A stretch of DNA of 64,000 bases from Fimbriimonadia bacterium (GCA_041483895.1 JBGPGO010000002.1:64001-128000), one strand, 5' to 3'; positions 1 through 8,852 are shown, counted from the stretch's first letter. A program made the numbers and translations. The notes: generated by a model from the sequence alone, not told the origin.

Positions 1-8
1 TCAGCGAG

Positions 9-1220
9 TTAATTCAGACATTTCATTTCCAGGTGCACGTCGCCGCTGATCGCGCTGACGTCGAACGTGCCTGTGCCATCGCCGCACTGCCCGGTAATGC
101 GCCGCTCGCTCTTGATCTCGTCATCGAGATGCAGCTCGTTCGCCACGTCCCCACTGAGCGAGGACAGGCTCACGCGGCAATTGCCACCATCCGGTATCTG
201 CGCCTTGATGTCGCCATTGACCGAGCGCAGATTGCACTTTCCATTGACGGGGCCGTCGAACAGGGCGTCGATATCGCCGCTGATCGTTTCCAGAGAAACG
301 GTGGCGCCATCGATCTCTTCCATCTTGAGGTCGCCGCTTGCGGTCCGGATGTTGATGTTCCCCTTGGCATTCTTGACCGAAATATCGCCGGATCGGCTTT
401 CGACCGTCAACTGATTGCCGGTGAAGTCCGAAAGCGATATGTCGCCGGATGTCGTCTGTATCTGCAGGCGATCGGTTACGTCCGCAATCGTCACGTCGCC
501 GTTCGTCATCTGCAGCTTCACAGCCGCTTTCGTGCCCTTCATATCGACGTAGCCGTTTACCGACTTCACATCAAGGATGACGCCTTCCGGCAGCGAGATA
601 TCTAGGTTGCATCGAACCGTACCGACGCTGGGCCCAGGCAGTTTCAATACGGCCTCTCCGCCGCTCTCTTCCACGATCATGGACCAGGCGGCGATCCGCT
701 TTTCGGTTTCCGCTTCGTCGCGGCCGCGAACCTCGGCCTCGGCGACCACCTTCTGCTCGCTCGCTCCGCCGCGAACGGTCAAGTCGCCGTTCGTGAGTTC
801 TACGCGCAATGTGTTTCCCGCGACCAGGGAAAGCGGAAGCTCCTGATGCTTGTTCGCGGTGTGGCGGCCAAAAACCATCTTCCAGTCGCCGCGGCCGATC
901 TGTTCCAGGTCCGTTCGCAGCTTGCCCCAGCCTGTAGACGCCGCCGAGCGGATCTTTTCCGAAATCTCGGGCCAATTTACGCGCTCCATGGCGTCGCGGG
1001 TCGTGCGGTCGAAGGCCTCGAATAGAGAATCGATCGTGTCTTTCCGGGTCCCCGTGGCAGTTCCGGCGCGCTGCTGTTCATGCGTGCGCTGTTCCTCCGC
1101 GTCGCGCCGCTCTCCGCTCGTGATCGCATCGATCAGGTCCGCGGCCTGATCGGCGGTCAGCTTGCCGTCCTCAACCATCTTCGCAATACGTTGGATCTCG
1201 TCTCTCATGTCTCCCTCCAT
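9..1220 (-). CDS. DUF4097/adhesin-like beta-strand-repeat protein with N-terminal SHOCT-like helix (YvlB/LiaX-like)
   Basis: N-terminal 'RIAKMVEDGKLTADQAADLIDAI' SHOCT-like motif, followed by many 'SxSGDI/TxNGDV' beta repeats; coupled to the upstream DUF2089 gene. Confidence 0.8.
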   Translation of the reverse strand: MEGDMRDEIQRIAKMVEDGKLTADQAADLIDAITSGERRDAEEQRTHEQQRAGTATGTRKDTIDSLFEAFDRTTRDAMERVNWPEISEKIRSAASTGWGKLRTDLEQIGRGDWKMVFGRHTANKHQELPLSLVAGNTLRVELTNGDLTVRGGASEQKVVAEAEVRGRDEAETEKRIAAWSMIVEESGGEAVLKLPGPSVGTVRCNLDISLPEGVILDVKSVNGYVDMKGTKAAVKLQMTNGDVTIADVTDRLQIQTTSGDISLSDFTGNQLTVESRSGDISVKNAKGNINIRTASGDLKMEEIDGATVSLETISGDIDALFDGPVNGKCNLRSVNGDIKAQIPDGGNCRVSLSSLSGDVANELHLDDEIKSERRITGQCGDGTGTFDVSAISGDVHLEMKCLN

Positions 1221-1612
1221 TACTTCGCGCCTCTCAAAGCTTCGCTGGCCTGTTGCGCGGTGATCTCTCCCCGCTCCAGTTGGTCCAAAACGGATTGGCG
1301 GCTTTTTGACCGCTCCTCCGGTTTTTCATTCGGCCGGTCTTCGGGCGTGGGAGCAAGTCCCAACGCGTCGAGCAGCACGTCGAGCCGGGAACGGACTGTC
1401 GGATAAGAGATGCCCAACTCGCGCTCCACTCCGTTCAAAACGCCCCTGCAGCGCAGGAAGACCTCCAAGAAGTGGGCCTGGTCCTTATCGAGCCGGTTGA
1501 ACCGTGACGTGCCGAATTGCCCGCTGAGGACCGAGCCGCAATCCTCGCAGGTGAGCTCTGAGATATAGAAGCTCCCTTCGCACACAGGACATCGGTTGGG
1601 TTGTTTGTGCAT
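1220..1612 (-). CDS. DUF2089-family Zn-ribbon/HTH protein
   Basis: CPVC..CEDC Zn ribbon, 'ELGISYPTVRSRLD' HTH, C-terminal 'LERGEITAQQA' SHOCT-like motif; GGGAG RBS. Confidence 0.9.
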   Translation of the reverse strand: MHKQPNRCPVCEGSFYISELTCEDCGSVLSGQFGTSRFNRLDKDQAHFLEVFLRCRGVLNGVERELGISYPTVRSRLDVLLDALGLAPTPEDRPNEKPEERSKSRQSVLDQLERGEITAQQASEALRGAK

Positions 1613-1707
1613 TCAATCGCTCCCTGTCTTCATCTTTAGTCACTATACTTACGAATTATCAAGGTTGGTTGCAAATTTTGATTGAATATTCTTAATTAGG
1701 GCTTAAG

Positions 1708-1868
1708 GTCATTTCGAGCTTGTCGAGAAATCCCTTTCCGTTCGGTGGCGACCACGCTGTCATTCCGAAGCGAAGCGAGGAATCCCTTTCTGAAGCCTCC
1801 TTCGTACACGAGGCCCGGTTGCCAGTGGAAGGTCCGGAAAGGGATTCCTCGCTTCGCTTCGGAATGAC
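1708..1868. repeat. REP/MITE-like element: perfect 32-bp inverted repeat plus one degenerate copy
   Basis: GTCATTCCGAAGCGAAGCGAGGAATCCCTTTC at 1759-1790 and its exact reverse complement at 1837-1868; variant GTCATTTCGAGCTTGTCGAGAAATCCCTTTC at 1708-1738. Confidence 0.85.
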
Positions 1869-1886
1869 GGCCGCAGGCAAATGCAA

Positions 1887-1915
1887 TCGTGCCCGCGCCG
1901 AAGGCGCGGGCACGA
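1887..1915 (-). terminator. GC-rich hairpin, probable terminator of the 1938-2729 gene
   Basis: TCGTGCCCGCGCC-GAA-GGCGCGGGCACGA, 13-bp stem ~20 nt past the stop; weak U tail. Confidence 0.5.
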
Positions 1916-1937
1916 GATCAGACAGCAAACGAGCAGG

Positions 1938-2729
1938 CTACTTGAGCTGCTGAATCTTGAACGTCATCTTCAGGGTGCCTTCTACCGGAACATTCGGGAT
2001 GAAGAAACCGGTGCCTTTGCCCTCACCCTTGACCAGCATGCCGGTAGCTAGGTCTATCCAGTAGGTCGAGTTGACCTTGATCGAGCCTTGGTCATCGGCA
2101 TAAGGCTTCTCGATGTATGCATGCTCGATTTTGGCGCACTTGACGCCGTTCACGGTCTCGAAAGCAACGAGCTTGTGCGTGGCTGTTCCGGCGCGCCAGC
2201 CCTTGGCCTTATCCTCTTTGAACTCGTGGGTCCAGGCATCGCCGACGCCAAGGGCCTTGTCCGAGTAGATGGGAGCCATAGCCAGCGTAAGCCGCTTGCC
2301 AAAATCGCCGTCATCAGCGTTTGCCGATTCGAAGTCGATGGGAGTGTTGTTCGCGGAGACCGTTGACTTCTCCGTATCTGTGGGGGGCTCGTCCATAACA
2401 ACGTTGCCGTTTAAGGTGACCTTCATGGCCGTGTACTTGCTTTCGATCTTAGCGCTGCCGTCCTCGTTGACCTTCTGGACGGTGTCTTCCGTCTCGATGT
2501 TGACGTCAATGTTGGTGGCTTCGGCGGATACCTTTTCCGGCTGCATCTGGACGTCGATCTTCATCTTGTACTTCTGGCTGGCCTTGAATACATGCTTGAT
2601 AAGGGACTTCGTAGCTGCCAGGCTCGGATCCTGGCCGCCGGCCGGCGGGGCCGTGGTGGCCTGGGCCATAACCGAGACGCCCAACGTGGCCGCGGCGACA
2701 ACCATGGCCATTCTGGTGAGTAACCTCAT
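1938..2729 (-). CDS. secreted hypothetical protein (beta-rich, possibly LolA/DUF6263-like)
   Basis: Likely start MRLLTRM at 2729 with AGGAG RBS; signal peptide ending VMA-Q; 'LGVGDAWT', 'YWIDLATGMLVK' motifs. Confidence 0.65.
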   Translation of the reverse strand: MRLLTRMAMVVAAATLGVSVMAQATTAPPAGGQDPSLAATKSLIKHVFKASQKYKMKIDVQMQPEKVSAEATNIDVNIETEDTVQKVNEDGSAKIESKYTAMKVTLNGNVVMDEPPTDTEKSTVSANNTPIDFESANADDGDFGKRLTLAMAPIYSDKALGVGDAWTHEFKEDKAKGWRAGTATHKLVAFETVNGVKCAKIEHAYIEKPYADDQGSIKVNSTYWIDLATGMLVKGEGKGTGFFIPNVPVEGTLKMTFKIQQLK

Positions 2730-2882
2730 TGTTCTTCTCCTATTGATATGGGCGCCCGTGGTCATACCGATGGGTACGCGGATTCGCAGGACTGCCCGTT
2801 TACCGTACGACTTCGCCATTATGTACTATGGTTACAGTTGGCGCAAGATATAGGGCCGAGTGGCCCAAAAGATAGCATTTTG

Positions 2883-3704
2883 TCAAAAACCCTTCGAACT
2901 TCCTTTGCTGGAGGGCAGCCGGGTTGCGTCGGCATAGGCCTTAAGGTCGAGCGCCTTCAGCATCTCCTTCGCAGTGCGCACCGTCTTTGAATCCATCAAC
3001 CCGCTGGAGATGGCAATCTTGTAGTTCGCGACCGCGTCCGCTTTCCGGCCGGCCTTTTCGAAGATTACTCCTGCATGCAGGTAGATTTCCGGGTTTGGCT
3101 GAGGGCTTTTCTTATCAAGTGTCAGCGCGCGCTCGATGCGCGGTATCGCCTCCGCCATGGCTCCCTTCTTAAAGAGGATCCAGGCGTAAGTGTCATTCGT
3201 TGAAGGATGATTCGGCTCATATTCTAAGCCGACTTTGGCCATGCTCAGCGCCTTGTTCAGATCGCCGCCCGTTTCGCAAAGAATGTATGCGTAGTCGTTT
3301 TGAATCTTCCGGTTGGAAGGGCTCAGCTCCATCGCCTTCTTGAAATGCTCGATCGCCTTCTCTCCCTTGCCGGTCTCGAAGTAATCGACGGCCAAAAACT
3401 GATGAAGCCGCGCCTGATCGTCCCGCGGCAACCTCGCCACCTTGTCCATCTCAGCCTCGATTGCCACAATGGATCCCGCATGCTGGTTCTTGTGAATATA
3501 GATGTCGCGAACCATCTCGAATGTCCTCAGAGAAACGTCTTCTCGTTCAAATATCTTCTTCGAGATGGCGGTGGCACGATCCAACTCCCCGGCGCCTGCT
3601 GCAATCGACAGCTGGTCCGAAAGGGACAACTTGTCCGCCTCAGGGCGCGGACCCATACAGCCGCACAGCACCAGCGGGACCAGCCAAGCTATTCTTCTAT
3701 ACAT
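2883..3704 (-). CDS. TPR-repeat lipoprotein
   Basis: Lipobox LCGC; TPR motifs 'NDYAYILCE..DLNKALSMA', 'DTYAWILFKKG', 'YLHAGVIFEKAG'. Confidence 0.85.
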   Translation of the reverse strand: MYRRIAWLVPLVLCGCMGPRPEADKLSLSDQLSIAAGAGELDRATAISKKIFEREDVSLRTFEMVRDIYIHKNQHAGSIVAIEAEMDKVARLPRDDQARLHQFLAVDYFETGKGEKAIEHFKKAMELSPSNRKIQNDYAYILCETGGDLNKALSMAKVGLEYEPNHPSTNDTYAWILFKKGAMAEAIPRIERALTLDKKSPQPNPEIYLHAGVIFEKAGRKADAVANYKIAISSGLMDSKTVRTAKEMLKALDLKAYADATRLPSSKGSSKGF

Positions 3705-4321
3705 CGCAGGATCTCCTCACTCGGGATAGCGCCTTCTCTCAATACGCGGGCCGGGCCGGCGCTCGCGTCAACCACGGTCGAGGCCACCCCGGCCGGTTCC
3801 GGACCGCCTGTCAGTATCATCGCCAAGCCGTGGGGGAAGTAGGCAGCAACCTCTTCCGCCGACCTGGCCCCTGGACTGCCCGACGGGTTCGCGCTCGTGC
3901 AGGCCACCGGTCCCCCGAACTCGCGAAGGACCGCCATCATGACCGGATGGGACGGAACTCGCAAGGCTGCGGTGTTGTTCTCGCCCTGTGCCTCCGGCGC
4001 AATCGCGGGATCGGCCGGTACCACAATAGTTATCGGTCCCGGCGAGAACCTGCCGAAGAGCTTTCGGGCCGCGGCGGGGACGGGCTGAGTCCAATAGGGC
4101 GGCTCCGGCGCGGCAGCCTGAACCGGCAGCGGGTGGGCCTCTCTCCGGCCTTTCAGAGCGCAGAGCCGCCGGCAGGCCTCTTGGTTCCGAGCGTCGCAGG
4201 CCAGCCCGAAAAGGGTCTCGTTGATGATCGCAACGATGCCGCCTTTCGTGATCTCCACAGCGGCCTCCTCGATTGCCGGCTCTCTGCCCGTCGGGTTTGG
4301 ACCCAGATCGACGATGCACAT
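3689..4321 (-). CDS. tsaC: L-threonylcarbamoyladenylate synthase (TsaC/SUA5/YrdC family)
   Basis: 'ETLFGLACDA', 'LKGR', 'PGPITIV', 'LRVP', 'TSANPSG', 'STVVD', 'LREGAI' motifs. Confidence 0.9.
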   Translation of the reverse strand: MCIVDLGPNPTGREPAIEEAAVEITKGGIVAIINETLFGLACDARNQEACRRLCALKGRREAHPLPVQAAAPEPPYWTQPVPAAARKLFGRFSPGPITIVVPADPAIAPEAQGENNTAALRVPSHPVMMAVLREFGGPVACTSANPSGSPGARSAEEVAAYFPHGLAMILTGGPEPAGVASTVVDASAGPARVLREGAIPSEEILRCIEE

Positions 4322-4364
4322 GGGGGAAGTCTATCTCTTTCTTGGGAAACGGGGACTCAAAGGC

Positions 4365-4409
4365 TTGCCAATGGATGGGTCCCGCGATATACTATTTGTT
4401 GAAAGGAGG
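4365..4409 (+). promoter_or_regulatory. sigma70-type promoter and RBS of the 4416 gene
   Basis: TTGCCA (4365-4370), 17-bp spacer, TATACT (4388-4393); AAGGAGG at 4403-4409, 6 nt before ATG 4416. Confidence 0.7.
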
Positions 4410-4415
4410 CGCCAA

Positions 4416-5519
4416 ATGAAGCCAATCATTGGCATGGCGCTGGTTTTCATCGCGGGCGTCTGCCTGGCGAAGGACGTTGGGGTCTTCGCCACAGGCCGCA
4501 TGAACGGCGCCGCCAATAACATCAAATCAGGCGCCAATGTCGCCACTTTACGGTCGATTTGGGAAGGGTACGGCGCCGCATGGAGCGAGGCCGACCTGAT
4601 AACGCCCGAATTCCTCAGCGGTGTGAAAGTGTTTTACACGGGAAACATCGCGAATATTCCATTTACCACCGCCGAGCAGGACGCCACGGTGAATTGGGTC
4701 AAGAGTGGTGGCGTTCTGGTTGTTACCGGGGAGTGTGGGTGAACGGGGAACCAAGCCGCATACAATACTATCCTGAATCGATTCGGAGTTACAATCCAGG
4801 GTACTACGTATTACGGCGATGGTCAGGTTCTGACCAATCATCCCATTACCAACGGCCTCACGACCGTCTATATCGCGAAGAACGGCTATCTGGTCGGTCC
4901 CGCGTCGGCCCTTCATCTCATTAAGGACAATGCCTCTGAGTTAGCGGCGTTGGTCATGGAGGGGACAGCCGAGGTCGGTTCGGGCAAGCTGTTTGTCATC
5001 GGTGATTCCGATATGTTCACCGAATACTACATGTCTAACTATCCTACCGGTCCGGCGATCGCCCGAAACATCGCCAAATGGGCCCTCGGATACAATCTAC
5101 TCAAGGGAAAGGTCACTCCCGCCGACTTCACTGGTGCGTTGGTCGGAATGACGCTGGACCTGGCTTTTTATCAGAACGACACATTGGCTTTCCAGGACAC
5201 CGTGCCGCTGGACGCGACCGGCAACTACGAATGTCAGCTATCCCAAGCGGGAACGTTCGACATCGTTGCCAAATGCGATCACTGGCTGTCCCGGCGGGTC
5301 AGTAACGTCGATCTCTCCGTATCGAACCCAGTGATCGACTGGGACCTAGCCGTCAATGGCGATACGGATCACAATAACGCCATCGGGCTGTATGACCTGA
5401 ACCCGCTGTTCGTGGGTTATGGTGATGCCGATCCATCGATCGATTTGGACGGAGACGGTGTGATCACTATCAAGGACATCAATCTCGTCTTTGTCAATTT
5501 CGGCATGGCCGGCGAATAA
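4416..5519 (+). CDS. secreted GATase-like/DUF4350-like protein with dockerin-like tail, containing an in-frame UGA at codon 109 (candidate selenoprotein, or nonsense pseudogene)
   Basis: ATG 4416, TGA 4740-4742 and ORF 4950-5519 share one frame with no other stop; the joined 367-aa product is colinear with the paralogs at 5773 and 6982; the UGA aligns with a paralog Cys. Confidence 0.75.
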
Positions 5520-5527
5520 CGGGCATG

Positions 5528-5553
5528 TGGCCCGGCGCTTTCGCGCCGGGCCA
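5528..5553 (+). terminator. hairpin terminator (duplicated at 6887-6910)
   Basis: TGGCCCGGCGC-TTTC-GCGCCGGGCCA followed by TTGTTT, 8 nt after the stop. Confidence 0.7.
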
Positions 5554-5772
5554 TTGTTTAAATTTAGGCGACGTAGCCGAGTTCGGCCATCCGCATTGCC
5601 TTGCAGGACGTATCCATCAATCGCCAACCTTTGACTCCACCAGTTTTGCACCCTAGCAAATATCTGTAGTTACTGTTTACGACGCGTAAAATCTCGACTA
5701 GAAAGTTCGCCGCGCCTGTGATAACGTGAGGAAAACGATTCGTTCGATTTCTTTCATTAAAGGAGAGCGGAT

Positions 5773-6879
5773 ATGAAGTACTCGCTGGGCATCCTATTGC
5801 TTTTCACAACTCTCACCTGTCCGGCGACGGACGTCGGTATTTTCGATGCGAGCCGAATGAACGGGGCAGGGCTAGTCCTATCCACGGGTAGCCAGGTTTC
5901 TTCGTTTCGGGCAATTTGGCAGGATAATGGCGCTGCATGGCGGGCAACGGGTGTGTTGACTCCATCCTTCTTGGCGTCGGTAACGGTATTTGTCACCGGA
6001 CAAATCAACGCTACTGGGTTGACGGCGGCTGAACAGACGGCTCTTGTCGCGTGGGTCAATGGCGGCGGCACCTTGGTGGTGACTGGCGAGAGCGCCGGAT
6101 TGGGAAGTCAGCCGGCATATTCGACGATGCTAAATCCCTTTGGCGTCACGATCAGTGGTACGACGGCGACCGGAACAGGTTCAGTTCTCGGCGCCCATCC
6201 AATCACCCAGGGAGTGGGCGGCGTTTATATGGTAACGAACGGCCGTCTCACCGGACCGGCGTCAAGTCTACAACTCATCAATGACCCGGACGGCTACCTC
6301 GCCGGTCTTGTCATGGAGGGCACGTCTGAAGTCGGCGCCGGAAGGCTTTTCGCGTTTGGCGACTTCGATACGTTGACGAACGGACACTTGCCTCACCATT
6401 CGGACCTGCAAACGTTGGTCCGAAACATCGCTAAATGGGCGATGGCTCCGAAGAGCATATTGAAAGGCGCGGTTCTGTTAGGGAATTTCGTCGGCGATCC
6501 GACAGGCAAGACGCTGGACCTAAGCTTCCAACAGGGCGGGAACTTGATCTTTGCAGGCTCAGCCGTTCTCGATTCCCAGGGCAACTATCAGTACGCCACG
6601 ACGAATGCGGGGACGTTCGACGTTGTGGCCAAGGCCGATTGCTGGCTATCTTCCAAGATCACGGGTGTAGTCCTTGACCTCTCCACAAAGACTTTGGATT
6701 GGGATTTGCCGATCAACGGAGATGTAGACGAAAATAACGCTGTCGATTTGCTAGATTTGAACTCGATTATGGTCAATTTCGGCGAAACTGGCTCGATGGC
6801 CGATTTGGACGGAGATGGAACCGTCGGGTTGCCGGACCTAAACCTTGTGTTCTTGAACTTCGGCCTGACGGGAGAGTAG
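5773..6879 (+). CDS. secreted GATase-like/DUF4350-like protein with dockerin-like tail (paralog 2, no Cys motif)
   Basis: AAGGAG RBS, signal peptide, 'AEQTALVAWVNGGGTLVVTGES', C-terminal 'NGDVDENNAVDLLDL..DLDGDGTVGLPDLNLVFLNFG'. Confidence 0.85.
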   Translation: MKYSLGILLLFTTLTCPATDVGIFDASRMNGAGLVLSTGSQVSSFRAIWQDNGAAWRATGVLTPSFLASVTVFVTGQINATGLTAAEQTALVAWVNGGGTLVVTGESAGLGSQPAYSTMLNPFGVTISGTTATGTGSVLGAHPITQGVGGVYMVTNGRLTGPASSLQLINDPDGYLAGLVMEGTSEVGAGRLFAFGDFDTLTNGHLPHHSDLQTLVRNIAKWAMAPKSILKGAVLLGNFVGDPTGKTLDLSFQQGGNLIFAGSAVLDSQGNYQYATTNAGTFDVVAKADCWLSSKITGVVLDLSTKTLDWDLPINGDVDENNAVDLLDLNSIMVNFGETGSMADLDGDGTVGLPDLNLVFLNFGLTGE

Positions 6880-6886
6880 TTTTCCG

Positions 6887-6910
6887 GGCCCGGCGCTTTC
6901 GCGCCGGGCC
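6887..6910 (+). terminator. hairpin terminator with the same core as 5528-5553
   Basis: GGCCCGGCGC-TTTC-GCGCCGGGCC just after the stop at 6879. Confidence 0.7.
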
Positions 6911-6981
6911 AATTGCTTTTCCTTCCTCAGCGAAAATGCTTTCAGGACGGGCATTTCCGCGATATACTGCCTATCGGTACC

Positions 6982-8097
6982 ATGGTTCGAATTGCCATTC
7001 TTGGCTGCCTCATGTTCCTCACACTGCCCGCTCATGCAACCGATGTCGGAATTCTTGGCAAGAGCCGCATGAACGGTGACGCCAACAACATCCAAAACGG
7101 GGAGCTGATGTCGTCGTTTCGCAAAATCTGGGAGGGATACGGCGCGCAGTGGAAACAGACGACGGACATAACGGACGCGTTCTTGGGAACGGTATCGGTG
7201 TTCGTCACCGGCAATATCTCGACGCAGCGGTTCACAGCGCAAGAGCAGGACGCGGTCACCAAATGGGTTCGGGGCGGAGGCACTCTTGTGGTTATCGGGG
7301 AGTGCGGCTGCACAGGCAACGAATACGCCTACAACGATCTTTTGCGGCATTTCGGCGTTCATCTGGACGGCGATACTCCCTATGGCGATGGCCACGTCCT
7401 TACCGCGCACCCTTTGACGAGCAATCTCTTCACCGTCTACTTCGGCAAGAACGGTCACCTAACCGGACCGGATTCGAACATTCCTCTGCTGACCGACCCT
7501 GCGGAGAACCTGGCCGCCTTGGTGCTGGAAGGCACGCCGGAAGTAGGGAAGGGGCGTCTGTTCGTCGTTGCCGACACGGATATGTTCAATACGGTTGTCT
7601 TGGAGCGGCATCCCGAAAATCAGTTTTTCGCCCGAAACATCGCCAAATGGGCAATGCACGCGAAAAATGTAGTGTCGGGCCGCGTCTTGCTGGATGAGTG
7701 TGAGGGGCTTCCGGCCAATATTGAGATCACCATTCATCTTGTAGGCGATGGCATCATCGAGGCCGCAACAACAACGCTGGATGGCGAGGGACGCTATCGA
7801 GTCGAGTTCGAACACGACGGGGCGTTCGATGTCGTCGCGCATGTTGACGGATGGCTTTCGAAAAGGCGCGCCGCCCTCACGGTGTTAGGGAAGGTCACAG
7901 TGGATTGGGAATTCGACACCGCCGGCGATTTCGATAATGATGACGCCATCGATGCCGGCGATCTTGTGGCAGCCATCACGACATTCGAACCGCGGACCGG
8001 AGCCAGAACTGTCGCCCTCGTCATGGCCAACTTCGGCCTTAACGATCGGCATCTCGATCTGGACGGCGACGGCGAGATCAATATTTATCGGGGTTAG
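6982..8097 (+). CDS. secreted GATase-like protein, paralog 3 (ECGC motif; degenerate, truncated dockerin-like tail)
   Basis: Likely start MVRIAILG at 6982, after TTTCAG-17-TATACT; 'VVIGECGCTGNEYAY'; ends DLDGDGEINIYRG, overlapping the convergent gene. Confidence 0.8.
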   Translation: MVRIAILGCLMFLTLPAHATDVGILGKSRMNGDANNIQNGELMSSFRKIWEGYGAQWKQTTDITDAFLGTVSVFVTGNISTQRFTAQEQDAVTKWVRGGGTLVVIGECGCTGNEYAYNDLLRHFGVHLDGDTPYGDGHVLTAHPLTSNLFTVYFGKNGHLTGPDSNIPLLTDPAENLAALVLEGTPEVGKGRLFVVADTDMFNTVVLERHPENQFFARNIAKWAMHAKNVVSGRVLLDECEGLPANIEITIHLVGDGIIEAATTTLDGEGRYRVEFEHDGAFDVVAHVDGWLSKRRAALTVLGKVTVDWEFDTAGDFDNDDAIDAGDLVAAITTFEPRTGARTVALVMANFGLNDRHLDLDGDGEINIYRG

Positions 8098-8849
8098 GCG
8101 TTTTCGTAGCTGTTGTTGCCGGCCCTGTCTTCGCCGCGCACGAGATACATTTTATGGTTTTCGTAATATCCGGTCCGATGCAGCTTCGTCGAGGCGGGCA
8201 TCATGCGCATCGTGTATCCGGCGCGCCGTTGATGAGAACGGTTGGGGTTGGAACCGTGAATCAGATATGGATCGTGCAAAGAAAACTCACCCATCTGCAG
8301 GGCGCAATCCACGGATTTTGATTCATCCACGATACCGTCGGGAAGGCCGAGGTGCAAGACGCTTACCTCAGTGTCCTTGTCTTCGTGGTCGATGGGGCCT
8401 TTCGTGTGCGTTCCCGGAATGAATTTCATGCAGCCGTTATCGCAACTCGCGTTGTCCAGCGCCAGCCAGACAGTGAGTATCTCCATCGGTTCCATCGGCC
8501 AGAAGATGCCGTCCTGATGCCAGGGAACCAGGTGGCCCTCCTTTTCCGCCTTCACCAGTAGGTGGCTGGAAAACAGAACGATGTTAGGGCCGATGAACTT
8601 CTCCACCGCGTCCAACAGTTTCGGGGTGGTGCACAGCTTGTACATGAATTCGTCATGCACGTGGATGCTGTTCATGCGCTCCGGCCATTCGCCTTCCGGC
8701 AGGTTGGCCATCAAATAGTCCACGTGCGCGCGGGCTTCGGTGAGCTCCTGGTCGCTTAGCACCTGGCCGAATAGGGCGTAACCTTTCCGGCGATATTCGT
8801 CAACGTCGGCCTGGTTTATATGGGCGGGGTCGATTTTTGTTGTTTGCAT
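8094..8849 (-). CDS. phytanoyl-CoA dioxygenase (PhyH)-family 2OG-Fe(II) oxygenase
   Basis: 'PWHQDG', 'VWLALD..NGCMKFIPGTH', 'IHGSNPNRS..RR' motifs. Confidence 0.92.
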   Translation of the reverse strand: MQTTKIDPAHINQADVDEYRRKGYALFGQVLSDQELTEARAHVDYLMANLPEGEWPERMNSIHVHDEFMYKLCTTPKLLDAVEKFIGPNIVLFSSHLLVKAEKEGHLVPWHQDGIFWPMEPMEILTVWLALDNASCDNGCMKFIPGTHTKGPIDHEDKDTEVSVLHLGLPDGIVDESKSVDCALQMGEFSLHDPYLIHGSNPNRSHQRRAGYTMRMMPASTKLHRTGYYENHKMYLVRGEDRAGNNSYENA

Positions 8850-8852
8850 CTG

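Noticed and set aside
1692..1953. Short ORFs on both strands (VIPKRSEESL / RDSSLRFGMT)
   Set aside because: These are translations of the inverted repeat; the same peptide appears on both strands
4221..4742. Treating 4221-4742 and 4950-5519 as two separate genes
   Set aside because: They share a frame and together are colinear with single-ORF paralogs; the downstream piece has no RBS or signal peptide of its own
5554..5772. Possible riboswitch or sRNA in longer intergenic regions (also 46820-46975, 48780-48860)
   Set aside because: No recognisable riboswitch or tRNA consensus by eye; an Rfam scan would be needed
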